A stretch of DNA of 59,082 nucleotides, from NCBI GenBank assembly GCA_041500265.1, contig JBGQLU010000003.1:1-59082 (forward strand), given 5' to 3'. Origin of the DNA: Acidobacteriota bacterium (GTDB lineage Bacteria > Acidobacteriota > Polarisedimenticolia > Polarisedimenticolales > DASRJG01). The position numbers and the translations under genes were made by a program. The notes below the pieces were generated by a model, which was given only the letters and a program-made list of their open reading frames with translations, did not search any database and was not told the DNA's origin. Positions within the stretch are counted from its first letter, which is position 1, and the number at the start of each line of letters is the position of its first letter. This document shows, piece by piece, positions 49,001 through 57,657 of the stretch.

Positions 49001-50222
49001 CGAGCGCCTTTCGATAGAACACGCTCGCGGCCGCATCGTCTCCCGCTCGATAGGCCGCGCCCCCTCGCGCCGCCGCGAGACGTGCCAGGGCCACACCCGA
49101 GGCCTCCCGGCGTCCGGGCTCGCGGGATCGGGCGTCGAAGAAGCGCTCGCCTGCATCGAGCGCATCGTTCCGGATGAACAGGTCGGCGCACCGGACGAAC
49201 TCGGAAGGATCGACCGGGCCGGTCGAGAACAGGTCCTCGAGCGACGCTGTCGCACCGGAAACGTCACCGCCGTCGAGTGCCAGGGCGGCCAGAGCGTAGA
49301 GCGCCGCGGCCTTGTTCGAAGTCGTCTTGGCCGATCGCGTGTACGCCTCGCGCGCTTCCGTGAGCCGGCCCGCGTCTCGCAAGGCGTCCCCGATGGCTTG
49401 CCAAAGAGCGGCCGGCTCGGGAGCGCCCCGATCGACCGCCAGGCGCCATTCCGTTACGGCGTCGGCATTCGCCCCCGCCTTGCGAAGCGCCCACCCGAGG
49501 TTGACCCGGTACACGATCTTGGCGGGATCGTAGCGGACGGCCTCGCGATAGTCGTCCCGGGCGGTATCCCACGCTTCGGCCCGATACGCCTCGTCTCCCT
49601 TCGTCGCCACGACGCGGGCGAGGCGCCTGGCGATCGCTCCGTCGCTGTCGCGGACGCGCGCCAGCGCTTCGCGAAGGACCGCTTCGGCGGCATCGAGCCG
49701 CCCGCGCTTCTCCTCCAGGTCGGAGAGCCTCGAGATCGCGCCGATGTCCCCGGGAAGGCGCTCCAGGATGGCGCGGTACTGCGAGGCCGCCGGATCGAGC
49801 CGGCCGAGCTGCTCGTACGCCCGACCGAGCCGCAACCGGATCTCCGGTTGTCGCGAGTTCGCGGCGAGACTTCGCTCGTACGCGATCGAGGCCTCGCGCC
49901 AGGAGCCGGCATCCAGCCGGACGTCGCCGACGGCGTTCCACGCGTCGACGTTGTCCGGCTCGAGCTTCAGGACCGTGTCCCAGACGCGAAACGCCTCGCG
50001 GTCGTTGCCGAGCCTGTGGTGCGCCCAGCCCAGGTTCTCCCAGGCTCGGATCAGAGCCGGGTCCAGATCCACGGCTTTTTGGAAGCTGAGGAGCGCGCCG
50101 CGAAAGTCCCCCGCCTTGTAGAGCCTCACGCCGTCGTCGAGCGGCCCTTGGCCCGGCGAGCGTGCCGCCGCCGGCAGCGCGGACGCTAAAACGATCGCGG
50201 CGATCGTGAGGGCGTGCCTCAC
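46077..50222 (-). CDS. TPR-repeat / CE4 polysaccharide deacetylase / probable outer-membrane beta-barrel fusion
   Basis: Signal peptide; more than 12 TPR-like repeats; VPILLYHG, VTFDDA, SHGHLAH, AFPF, LRRF (PgaB/NodB-type); amphipathic beta-strand C-terminus ending in YRF. GTGA coupling to the upstream gene. Confidence 0.88.
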   Translation of the reverse strand: MRHALTIAAIVLASALPAAARSPGQGPLDDGVRLYKAGDFRGALLSFQKAVDLDPALIRAWENLGWAHHRLGNDREAFRVWDTVLKLEPDNVDAWNAVGDVRLDAGSWREASIAYERSLAANSRQPEIRLRLGRAYEQLGRLDPAASQYRAILERLPGDIGAISRLSDLEEKRGRLDAAEAVLREALARVRDSDGAIARRLARVVATKGDEAYRAEAWDTARDDYREAVRYDPAKIVYRVNLGWALRKAGANADAVTEWRLAVDRGAPEPAALWQAIGDALRDAGRLTEAREAYTRSAKTTSNKAAALYALAALALDGGDVSGATASLEDLFSTGPVDPSEFVRCADLFIRNDALDAGERFFDARSREPGRREASGVALARLAAARGGAAYRAGDDAAASVFYRKALDADPNNRAALRDYGWTLWRQADWAGVRRVWTGYAAAYSELAEPRLLLARLELQRGTPAAAIEQALLALAFDPTDTKGPNVLLTRAYLADGKYRSARTLAETLVEQHPDDLTVQTLYGEALWRSLDFKASEAQWRKIIDMGSELPRATHYWIRSMYETGEYDDAINAARDLVAGNRASEPVLRLLAEDAQVQRNDASTGRWYRELVTRYPQRVAYWVTLVETYEATDRPRLAERVLEEAMRSHPDSPQLRFLLADVHLTLHRPGEALDEYRRLRKDLGRNRTVFIGEVHALYALGRYSEALALLRSDRDGFLDPHERALEEASIFEETGRRAEAAARRASILSTPAGRVDVPILLYHGLAEHPRSLSMPLDRFVSQMEALAAAGFTTITVSDLDAMRSGAAPFPRKPVLVTFDDARADSFQLADPVLARLNMKATMFVPTVRIADESAFNADWTRLRELRSTGRWDFQSHGHLAHDPIPVDEAGGLAEFLVNREWLADAGRLETHDEYVARVDGDYLECRRRLGDNLPGQSVVGYAFPFSEMGQLHGGNDPGALAANEDAFRRYYRYGFVQDDSGYNVVAAAAQGPLLLRRFNVPREWNGERLMAHLAIEAPRAEAMLDAARWDLWNARPRRAEAAFRSMIAADERTGPEAGFFLSRSLQDQGRMRDAERVYAALPTGPEWGRVDPFRKRVGRELAWETDPQAGLETHGSSDSDGRGTVEVGAAGRVSFSAPFRLWGELGSARFTDRAFAALEGGQATLGGAWDAPKGLSVLGWLRYRSLNDGVRSLNGEASLRGGVDRNRFDLACGVLDEDTVGALRDSILKRGCDAGHEFLTRTWRTRAHVSYYDLTDGNRLLYAWADGTVGLGARRLVEVGGRFEAGDSQFSAVGYYAPQRLVTLLALTRVVRSFATGASIDAEVGVGPSRDDQAGSRVVGRARIAWTQDWTTRWRTMVTGEYGQTPTYHRTAVNASFAYRF

Positions 50223-51970
50223 CTCGTCACCAACAGGCGCATCCCCGATCGGCGGAGCTCCTTCTCCACCGCCCGGGCCGCTTGCGACCAGCCCTCCCCC
50301 GATGCGCGCGGGACAGCTTCGAGTCCGAGCGACAGGCCGTCGAAGCGCTGCTCGGCGGCGCGCCGCGCCAGCATGGACGCCCACTCATCGGGGTGACCGG
50401 GCGCCGCCCCGCGGGCCGCGACGCTCGGCACCACGTCCCACGCGAACTTCCGGGACAGGATGCGTAGGAGGTCGCGATCGATCGGTCGCTCCCGCACGGT
50501 GCCCCCCTCGACCGTGGCCCAAGGCGGGCTGATCGCGGCGATCGAATCCGCATCGCGGGCCAAGATCCGGATCGCCGCCGCATCGGGCGACGCCGGAATC
50601 GACCGAACGCGATACGGGTAGGCCGAGAAGCGCAAGTCGGAAACCGAGAGAGTTGCCGCTCCCGCGCGGCTGTAGGCGACCAGTCCGATCTTCCCGCTCC
50701 ACCTCGCCGGGAGGGCGATCGGCTCGTTCGAGACCGGAGTCCCGTCCCAGATCGCCCGGATTCCTCGACCTCGCTTGATGAGGCCCAACGTGTGCGACCG
50801 CGCTTTCGTCGCGGCGTCGGGCCGGCGAGCCAGGACTTCGGGCGCCTGTCCACGCTCGCGAACCTGGACGTAGAGGATCCCGTCGGCGCCTCCGATGCGC
50901 CACTCGCGGCCACGCGTCTCGTCGGGTTGGACGACCCAGAACTCCCCGTCGCCGAGCGAGACGCGCGCCGCGAGCTCCCAATCGTCCACCCACCTCGCGG
51001 CCGGGATCCAGACCTCGGCTCGCGGCGTTCCACTAAGGCGAAGCGAGGCACCGTCGGGAGTAACGGTTCCCTCTCCTTGAACCCAACGATCTTCGACGGG
51101 GACCGGCTCGCCCGTTGGAGAGCGGGGCGGTGGAGAGGCGACGGCACGGTCCAATCGAGCCAACAACTCCGGCGGGCTCCACGATGGCGCGACGCGCAAT
51201 CGCGGAACGCGGAAGGGACTCGCGTCGGTGGGAGCGGCGCCGGCGACGTCGTCCTCGAAGCCGAGCCAGGGGAACGCCTCGCGCGGTGCGTCCATGCATC
51301 CGAGCGCGGCCAGCGGACCATCGCCGCGGGGGGCCCACGCGAGGACTTCGGGACGCCCCAGCCTCGACGCGATCCGCCGCGCCCCGGGAGGCTCGGGCGG
51401 AAGCACGCACGGCTCGGCCCCGGGAGCGGCGTCCGGCGGGTCGCCCGAAGCGATTTCCCAGAGCCCGCTCTGGACCATGCGCTGAAGGCGGTCCCAGAAG
51501 AGAAACGAGACGTCGCGGCTTTCCTGGCGCTCGGTCCGGAGGAACATCACGGCGGGCCAGTGAAGTTCGCGGAGGACAGGGTCGGCGGCCTCGTAAGTGC
51601 TCAGGTACCCTTCGTCGAACGTGAGCAGGAAGGGCTTGGCCGGCAGCGGCACGCCGTGAGCGTAGGCCGCGCGGACCTCAACGAGGGTGACCGCCTGCCA
51701 GCCCGCGGCCGCGAGGGCGCGTAGAGCCTTTCGTAGTCCGATCCGGTCGACGTGGCCGGCGTCCGGCATCCTCACGACGCGGTCAAAGGCAAGAGCGACG
51801 AGGCGGCCGCCCTCGTCCGGCCCCGCGGCTCGGCGGGCGGCGAGCTCGACGCGACGGTTGAGCCAGGCGCTCGTTCCGGCCCACAACACGGCTCCCGCGA
51901 CCAGCGTCGCGATCCAGGTTCTGCGGTCGCGAACGAACGTCCGCGACTCGAAGACGCTCCCTCGGCTCAT
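50219..51970 (-). CDS. Membrane-anchored protein with degenerate CE4 deacetylase, central beta domain and partial degenerate GH18 domain
   Basis: N-terminal TM; LLTFDEGY, WPAVMF, WEIASGD (no His pair); C-terminal AISPPW...FDGLSLGLE. Confidence 0.8.
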   Translation of the reverse strand: MSRGSVFESRTFVRDRRTWIATLVAGAVLWAGTSAWLNRRVELAARRAAGPDEGGRLVALAFDRVVRMPDAGHVDRIGLRKALRALAAAGWQAVTLVEVRAAYAHGVPLPAKPFLLTFDEGYLSTYEAADPVLRELHWPAVMFLRTERQESRDVSFLFWDRLQRMVQSGLWEIASGDPPDAAPGAEPCVLPPEPPGARRIASRLGRPEVLAWAPRGDGPLAALGCMDAPREAFPWLGFEDDVAGAAPTDASPFRVPRLRVAPSWSPPELLARLDRAVASPPPRSPTGEPVPVEDRWVQGEGTVTPDGASLRLSGTPRAEVWIPAARWVDDWELAARVSLGDGEFWVVQPDETRGREWRIGGADGILYVQVRERGQAPEVLARRPDAATKARSHTLGLIKRGRGIRAIWDGTPVSNEPIALPARWSGKIGLVAYSRAGAATLSVSDLRFSAYPYRVRSIPASPDAAAIRILARDADSIAAISPPWATVEGGTVRERPIDRDLLRILSRKFAWDVVPSVAARGAAPGHPDEWASMLARRAAEQRFDGLSLGLEAVPRASGEGWSQAARAVEKELRRSGMRLLVTR

Positions 51971-52000
51971 CGATCGTCTCGCGGTCGCGTCGCAAGCCTC

Positions 52001-53677
52001 CTACCGCGTTCCCCAGTGGTTGCGCCGCACGGTCGCGAGCGCGTAGTAGGTCTGCCACACGAGGACCACCATGTAGAAGAGACTGAACGCGATGCCGTAG
52101 ATCCACATGCCGCTCTTGTGCCGGACGAGGTAAACGAGTCCGTAGAGCAGGGCCATCAGGAGCGTCCCGTAGGCGTACAGATACGAGAAAGCGCCGAACC
52201 CGAACATGGGGAGCACCAGGGCGATGAAGACGACCGCAGGCGAGATGAACGGGAAGATGACCCCGAGGTAGAAATAGAACGCGGCGAGCGGGTGGCGCTT
52301 CCACATGAAGGTCGAGGCCAGAAGGCTCTCCCGGATCCACGACTTCTTCCAGCGGAGCTGCTGCCGGAAGAACTGCCCGAGCGTGGACGGCACGATCGTC
52401 GCGCAGATCGCGCTGGCGTCGTAGAGGACCCGTCGCCTGCGAAGCATGAAATTCGTCAGGCTGCGATCGTCCCCGAACGTCGCCGGCGTACCCAAGAACT
52501 CCTGCTCGAGCCACGCGTCGAGGACCTCCATGACGTAGGCCCGCCGATACGCGGCGAGACAGCCGGAGCAGCAGGTGACCGTGTCGAAGAGGGACTCCGC
52601 GGACTTCACGATGCGGAACGCGACGTAATAGCGAACCTCCTGCATCTTCGTAAGGAGGTTGTCCCCGGCGTTGGCGACCGTACCGTGCCCGCAGACCGCG
52701 CCGACCTCCGGGTTCGCGAATCCCTGAACGATGCGTGCGAAGGCGTCCCGGCGGACGAAGCTGTCGGAATCGACGTAGATCAGGATGTCGCCGGTCGCCC
52801 GCCGCGCCGCGGCGGCCATCCCGTGGCGCTTGCCTCGGTTCGTCTCGAACCGCACCAGCTCCAGATCCGGGTGCCTCTCGCGAGTTCTCTCCATCTCGGC
52901 CCAGGTGCCGTCGGTCGAGCCGTCGTCGACCACGATCACCTGCATCAGCTCCGGGGGATAGTCGGAGCGGTAGATGCACTCGAGCGTCTCCCGGATCGCT
53001 CGTTCTTCGTTCTTGCAAGAGATCGCGACCGTGATCTTGGGGCGCAGGCCTTCGTCGCGTGGGGGGGTGTACAAGCAAGCCAGCGCGATGCGCGAGAGGA
53101 TGTAGCCGGAGATCAGGAGGCTGTAAAGGTTGACGATCGGGTGATACCAGAAATAGTAGAGATTGTTCCCGCGCAGCCACACGACATCGATCGCGGTCGC
53201 GGCGATCAGCGCCAGGCCGATCCACGGAAGCGCGACGTCGAACAGCGCCAGCGCCTTGGAACCGCGGTCGGTCGCGAGGACGGCCCCGTAGGCGTAGGGG
53301 TGATCCGGGGAATTCGAGTCGGGAGGGACGGCCCGCACGACGCGCGCCATCACGCTGTCGAGAGCGCGCAGCTTCCGGGGCATCGCATTGCGGACGGCAA
53401 GGCTCGGAGACCAGGCGAGCCGTACCCATCGACCGACGTCCACCGGCCGGCTCGTGCGCAGCTTCACGCCGTCTTCGCCCAGGTCGGTTGCGATCCCGGT
53501 GCCGCTCTCGCCCCGCGGGAGGCTCCAATTCGGCCGGAAGGACAGAGGCACCTCGAGCGGTTGCCGGCGGTGGCGCCGTCGTTCCGGCGGCTCGGCGGCG
53601 CGATCCGAAGTTACCTCCGCCCGCGCGTCTATGAACGGCGCTGGGCGCATCGGTCGGCTGGCCCCTCCCTCTCTCAT
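52001..53677 (-). CDS. PilZ-domain-fused GT2 processive synthase (hyaluronan synthase/NodC-like)
   Basis: ERRRHRR and DLGEDG (PilZ); two TMs; DDGSTD, GKRH, VDSDS, CCSGCLAAYR, EQEFLG...TFGDDRSLTN, QQLRWKKSW; C-terminal TMs. Start may be 53650. Confidence 0.9.
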   Translation of the reverse strand: MREGGASRPMRPAPFIDARAEVTSDRAAEPPERRRHRRQPLEVPLSFRPNWSLPRGESGTGIATDLGEDGVKLRTSRPVDVGRWVRLAWSPSLAVRNAMPRKLRALDSVMARVVRAVPPDSNSPDHPYAYGAVLATDRGSKALALFDVALPWIGLALIAATAIDVVWLRGNNLYYFWYHPIVNLYSLLISGYILSRIALACLYTPPRDEGLRPKITVAISCKNEERAIRETLECIYRSDYPPELMQVIVVDDGSTDGTWAEMERTRERHPDLELVRFETNRGKRHGMAAAARRATGDILIYVDSDSFVRRDAFARIVQGFANPEVGAVCGHGTVANAGDNLLTKMQEVRYYVAFRIVKSAESLFDTVTCCSGCLAAYRRAYVMEVLDAWLEQEFLGTPATFGDDRSLTNFMLRRRRVLYDASAICATIVPSTLGQFFRQQLRWKKSWIRESLLASTFMWKRHPLAAFYFYLGVIFPFISPAVVFIALVLPMFGFGAFSYLYAYGTLLMALLYGLVYLVRHKSGMWIYGIAFSLFYMVVLVWQTYYALATVRRNHWGTR

Positions 53678-53837
53678 GAATGCGTGCTATCGAATGAATC
53701 TACCTTGTTCCTCTCTCCCCCGCCCTACTCCGTGTCGAAACCCATTCGCAAAACGCACCGCGAATGTCTCGTATGCCGAACGTCCAGAAAATGACGACAC
53801 CATTGCGCGGTTTGTGACATCACGGTATTTCTGCAGC

Positions 53838-56492
53838 ATGCGCCCAACCCTGGTCGCTTGCGTCCTGTCGGTCCTCACATTCGTCGCGCTCCCCGCGTCG
53901 GGCCAGGCACTGCCTCCGGGGTTCCAGGATTCCGTCGTCCTCAGCGGTCTCACGCTGCCGATGGCCGTCCGCTTCGCGCCGGACGGCCGGATCTTCGTCG
54001 CGGAGAAGAGCGGCCTGATCAAAGTCTTCGACTCCCTGCAGGATCCGACCCCGACCGTCTTCGCCGATCTTCGCGTCGAGGTGATGGACTACTGGGATCG
54101 GGGACTCCTGGGACTGGCGATCGATCCGAACTTTCCGTCCCAGCCTTATGTGTACGTTTCTTATACGTACGACTTCGACCCGGCCACCCCGCAGATCCCC
54201 CCGCCCCGTTGGGGCGATCAGTGCCCGACGCCGCCGGGCCCGAACGACGACGGCTGTGTGGTCACGGGGCGCGTATCGCGCCTGAAGATCAACCCGGACG
54301 ACACGCAGAACGGCCCGGAACAAGTCCTCCTCGGGAACAACTGGTGCCAGCAGTTCCCGTCCCACTCGTTGGGCGCGATCGACTTCGGACCGGAGGGCGC
54401 GCTTTACGTAAGCGCGGGGGAAGGAGCCAGCTTCCGTCTCGTGGACTACGGGCAGAAAGGCGGGACCCTCGGAGCGCCCCCTCCGGTGCCCTCGAACCCG
54501 TGCGGAGATCCGCCCACCGGACGCGGCGGAACTCAAACGGCTCCTTCGGGCGAAGGCGGGGCACTACGCTCGCAGGACTATCGAACGACGTCGGACTCGC
54601 TGTCGTGGGACGGGTCGATGCTGCGCGTCGACCCGGTGACGGGGGTCGGATGGCCGGGAAACCCCAACTCGGATCGCACCGTCGCATTCGGCTTCCGGAA
54701 CCCGTTCCGATGGACGTTCCGGCCGGGGACAGCCGAGGTCTGGCTCGGCGACGTGGGATGGGACACCTGGGAAGAGATCAACCGCCTTACCGCAATCCCG
54801 GGACCGTCGGCGGCCAACTTCGGCTGGCCCTGCTACGAAGGCGCCCCGCGCCAGCCGAGCTACGAGAACGCCGGCCTCACCCTTTGCCAGACACTCTACG
54901 GGCAGGGGCCGTCGGCGGTCTTAGCACCGTACTTCGCCTATCAGCACTACCAGAAGATCGATCCGAACGAGACCTGCAGTAACGCGAACTCGTCGATTAC
55001 GGGGCTCGTCTTCTATCCCGCGGGGGGGTATCCGTCATCCTACGAGGATGCCCTCTTCTTCGCCGACCACTCTCGCAATTGCATGTGGGTCATGACCAAG
55101 GGAGCCAACGGACTCCCGGACCCGGCAACCGTGCACGTCTTCGAGAACGGCGCGTCCGAGCCGGTGGACCTTCAGCGCGGACCTGGGGGGGACGTCTTCT
55201 ACGTCGATCACGAGGGGGGGGCGATCCACCGCATCTCCTACACCTCGGGGAACACGCCGCCGACCGCCGTCGCCGATGCGAGCCCGCGAAGCGGCGGTGT
55301 CCCCCTGACCGTCCAGTTCGATGGGTCGCTCTCGAGCGATCCGGATCCGGGCGCGACGCTCACGTACGCCTGGGACCTGGACGGCGACGGGCTCTTCAAC
55401 GACGCGTTCGTGGTCCGGCCGATCCACACCTACACGGTCGCCGGACAGATCACCGCCCGCTTGCGGGTGACCGATGACAAGGGCGCCTCGTCGATCGACG
55501 GCGTCGTCGTGAGCCCCGGGAATCACGCGCCCCTCGCGACCGTCACGGCGCCGCCGCCCACCCTCACCTGGGCCGTCGGCGATGCCATCGTCTATTCCGG
55601 AAAGGGGCAAGACACCGAAGACGGAGCGATGCCCGCCTCGTCGATGCACTGGGACATCGTCATGCACCACTGTCCGAGCGGGACTCCCGACTGCCACGAG
55701 CACCTCATCGAATCGCACGACGGAACCTCGGGAGGCACGTTCGTCGCCCCGGACCACGATTACTACTCGTATCTCGAGTTCCGGCTCACGGTGACCGATC
55801 TCGGCGGGCTCACGGGCGTCAATTCGGCGGACATCGACCCGAAGACGAGCGTCACCACGTTCGCCTCGAGCCCAGCCGGCGCGACCATCTCCGTAGGCTT
55901 CCGCACGGCGCCGGCGCCGTTTTCGCAGACTCTGATCGTGAACTCGACGAACTCCGTCTCCGCGGCAGGTTTGCAGACGTTGGCCGGCCTCCCGTCGTAC
56001 TGGAGCTCCTGGTCGGACGGCGGCGCCCGCCTCCACGACATCGTGGCGGGCGCGTCCGCCGCGACGTTGACGGCGAGCTACCTGGTCTGTGGAACCGTCG
56101 AGATATGCGGGGACGGCCGGGACAACGACTGCGACGGCGTCGTCGACAACGGCGCGATCCCCGGCCCGATGCTCTCGTTCCACGTCGACCACGACAAGAT
56201 GTTCTGGACGGCGCTTCCGGGAGCCCAGACGTACGACGTCGTGCGCGGAAGCCTCAACGGCCTGAGGAACAGCCACGGCGACTTCGCCGCCTACACCCAG
56301 GAGTGCCTCGACAACAACGACCCGGGAACGGCTCTGATCTACCCTTCGAACCCGCCCGCGTCCGGGAGCGTGCAATGGTACATGGTCCGGGCGAACAACT
56401 GCGCCGGAGCCGGCACGTGGAACGACGGGTCGCCGACGCAAGTCGCGGATCGCGATCCGGGAATCAATGCCTCGAGCCACACCTGCCCGTGA
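53838..56492 (+). CDS. PQQ-dependent glucose/sorbosone dehydrogenase family protein with PKD, MopE-like and C-terminal domains
   Basis: Signal peptide; FAPDGRIFVAEK.G, DRGLLGLA.DP.F, GFRNPFR, DVGW.TWEEIN, NFGWPCYEG; PKD (LTVQFDGS.SSDPD...YAWDLDGDG); EICGDGRDNDCDG. Confidence 0.9.
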   Translation: MRPTLVACVLSVLTFVALPASGQALPPGFQDSVVLSGLTLPMAVRFAPDGRIFVAEKSGLIKVFDSLQDPTPTVFADLRVEVMDYWDRGLLGLAIDPNFPSQPYVYVSYTYDFDPATPQIPPPRWGDQCPTPPGPNDDGCVVTGRVSRLKINPDDTQNGPEQVLLGNNWCQQFPSHSLGAIDFGPEGALYVSAGEGASFRLVDYGQKGGTLGAPPPVPSNPCGDPPTGRGGTQTAPSGEGGALRSQDYRTTSDSLSWDGSMLRVDPVTGVGWPGNPNSDRTVAFGFRNPFRWTFRPGTAEVWLGDVGWDTWEEINRLTAIPGPSAANFGWPCYEGAPRQPSYENAGLTLCQTLYGQGPSAVLAPYFAYQHYQKIDPNETCSNANSSITGLVFYPAGGYPSSYEDALFFADHSRNCMWVMTKGANGLPDPATVHVFENGASEPVDLQRGPGGDVFYVDHEGGAIHRISYTSGNTPPTAVADASPRSGGVPLTVQFDGSLSSDPDPGATLTYAWDLDGDGLFNDAFVVRPIHTYTVAGQITARLRVTDDKGASSIDGVVVSPGNHAPLATVTAPPPTLTWAVGDAIVYSGKGQDTEDGAMPASSMHWDIVMHHCPSGTPDCHEHLIESHDGTSGGTFVAPDHDYYSYLEFRLTVTDLGGLTGVNSADIDPKTSVTTFASSPAGATISVGFRTAPAPFSQTLIVNSTNSVSAAGLQTLAGLPSYWSSWSDGGARLHDIVAGASAATLTASYLVCGTVEICGDGRDNDCDGVVDNGAIPGPMLSFHVDHDKMFWTALPGAQTYDVVRGSLNGLRNSHGDFAAYTQECLDNNDPGTALIYPSNPPASGSVQWYMVRANNCAGAGTWNDGSPTQVADRDPGINASSHTCP

Positions 56493-56567
56493 CCCCGGAC
56501 GGGAGTAGGCGTGCCCTCGTGGCCGGGCCGAAGAGGGCCTAGGCGTCCGGCGGGGCACAGAGAAACC

Positions 56568-57359
56568 ATGCGCGCGAGATTCATGAAAGAAGTGGCGGCG
56601 GCGGGTCTGCCGCCGGGTCCCGGCCCGGAAGGCGAGATCACCGAGGCGGACCTCGCGGGGCTTCCCGATTCCGTTCGCCGCTACCTCGGCTTCATGGGTG
56701 TCGTCGGGACGCCGCGGGTCTGGTCGTTCCGCCTCGCCCTCACCGGGCGGTTCCGCCGGAGCCGGAACGACGCGTGGATGGCGTGCGAGGCCTGGCAATA
56801 CAACAGCGGCCTCGCCGTCGCCCGCATCTTCCACATCCGCATCCGACTCCGCGGCCTCGTGCCGGTGCTCGCTCGCGACACCTACGTCCTCGGGCGTGGG
56901 CGCATGCTGATCCGGCTCTTCGACCTCGTGACCGTCGGCGACGGGACCGGCGTCGAGTTCGACACCGGCGAGCTGGTCACGTACTTGAACGACGGGATCA
57001 TGATCGCCCCCTCGATGCTGCTCGTCCCCGAGGTCCGCTGGTCCACGGTGGACGCGCGCTCGTTCGACGTCGCCCTCACCGATCGCGGGCGAACGGTCAC
57101 CGCGCGCGTCTCCATCGACCAGCGCGGCGCCCCGACCGACTTCAGCACGACCGACCGCTTCGCCGCCGACCCGAACGACGCGACCAAGCTCGTGCGCACC
57201 CGGTGGACGACGCCGATCGAGGGTTGGCAGGAGACGGGCGGCCATCGTCTCTGGACGAGAGGCCGAGCCGTCTGGCACATGCCCGAAGGGGAATTCGCCT
57301 ACGCCGATTTCGCGCCGGTGCCCGGGAGTTTCGCCGTCAACGTGCGGCCGGGAGAGTGA
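56568..57359 (+). CDS. Conserved hypothetical protein (DUF6544-like)
   Basis: ITEADLAGLPDSVRRYL, RDTY..G.G.M, GELVTYL, W.TP. Start uncertain (56511 or 56568). Confidence 0.8.
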   Translation: MRARFMKEVAAAGLPPGPGPEGEITEADLAGLPDSVRRYLGFMGVVGTPRVWSFRLALTGRFRRSRNDAWMACEAWQYNSGLAVARIFHIRIRLRGLVPVLARDTYVLGRGRMLIRLFDLVTVGDGTGVEFDTGELVTYLNDGIMIAPSMLLVPEVRWSTVDARSFDVALTDRGRTVTARVSIDQRGAPTDFSTTDRFAADPNDATKLVRTRWTTPIEGWQETGGHRLWTRGRAVWHMPEGEFAYADFAPVPGSFAVNVRPGE

Positions 57360-57375
57360 GCGTCTGGCCGGCCGT

Positions 57376-57657
57376 TCATTTCGGCGGCATGGCGGCGCCG
57401 CTGCCGGGGGTCGACGTCCAGTAGGCGAACTCCCGCTCGTAGCAGACGCCGTCCAGATCGGTCACGCGACCCTGGAAGTACGCCTGCGCGTCGGCGATGG
57501 CCTGGTTGTAGATGGTGGGGCCGATCTCCCTCAGGCAGTACTCGAGCAACATGCCAGCCTTGAGGTCGCCGACGTCCTGTTCCAGGTTCTCGGCGAAGTA
57601 GCGCTTGATGGAGGCCTGGAGCTGCTTGGCGGCTTCGGGGGAAAGCTTGATCGCCAT
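57376..57657 (-). CDS. DUF2164 family protein
   Basis: IKRYF.E.L...GDL.A..LL.Y...EIGP.IYNQAI.DAQ. Confidence 0.88.
   Translation of the reverse strand: MAIKLSPEAAKQLQASIKRYFAENLEQDVGDLKAGMLLEYCLREIGPTIYNQAIADAQAYFQGRVTDLDGVCYEREFAYWTSTPGSGAAMPPK

Noticed and set aside
46077-53677. Annotating the locus as pgaABCD, bcs or hasABC
   Set aside because: No PgaD-like small gene, no recognisable GH153 or GH8, no BcsB and no hasB; the synthase motifs and PilZ position differ.
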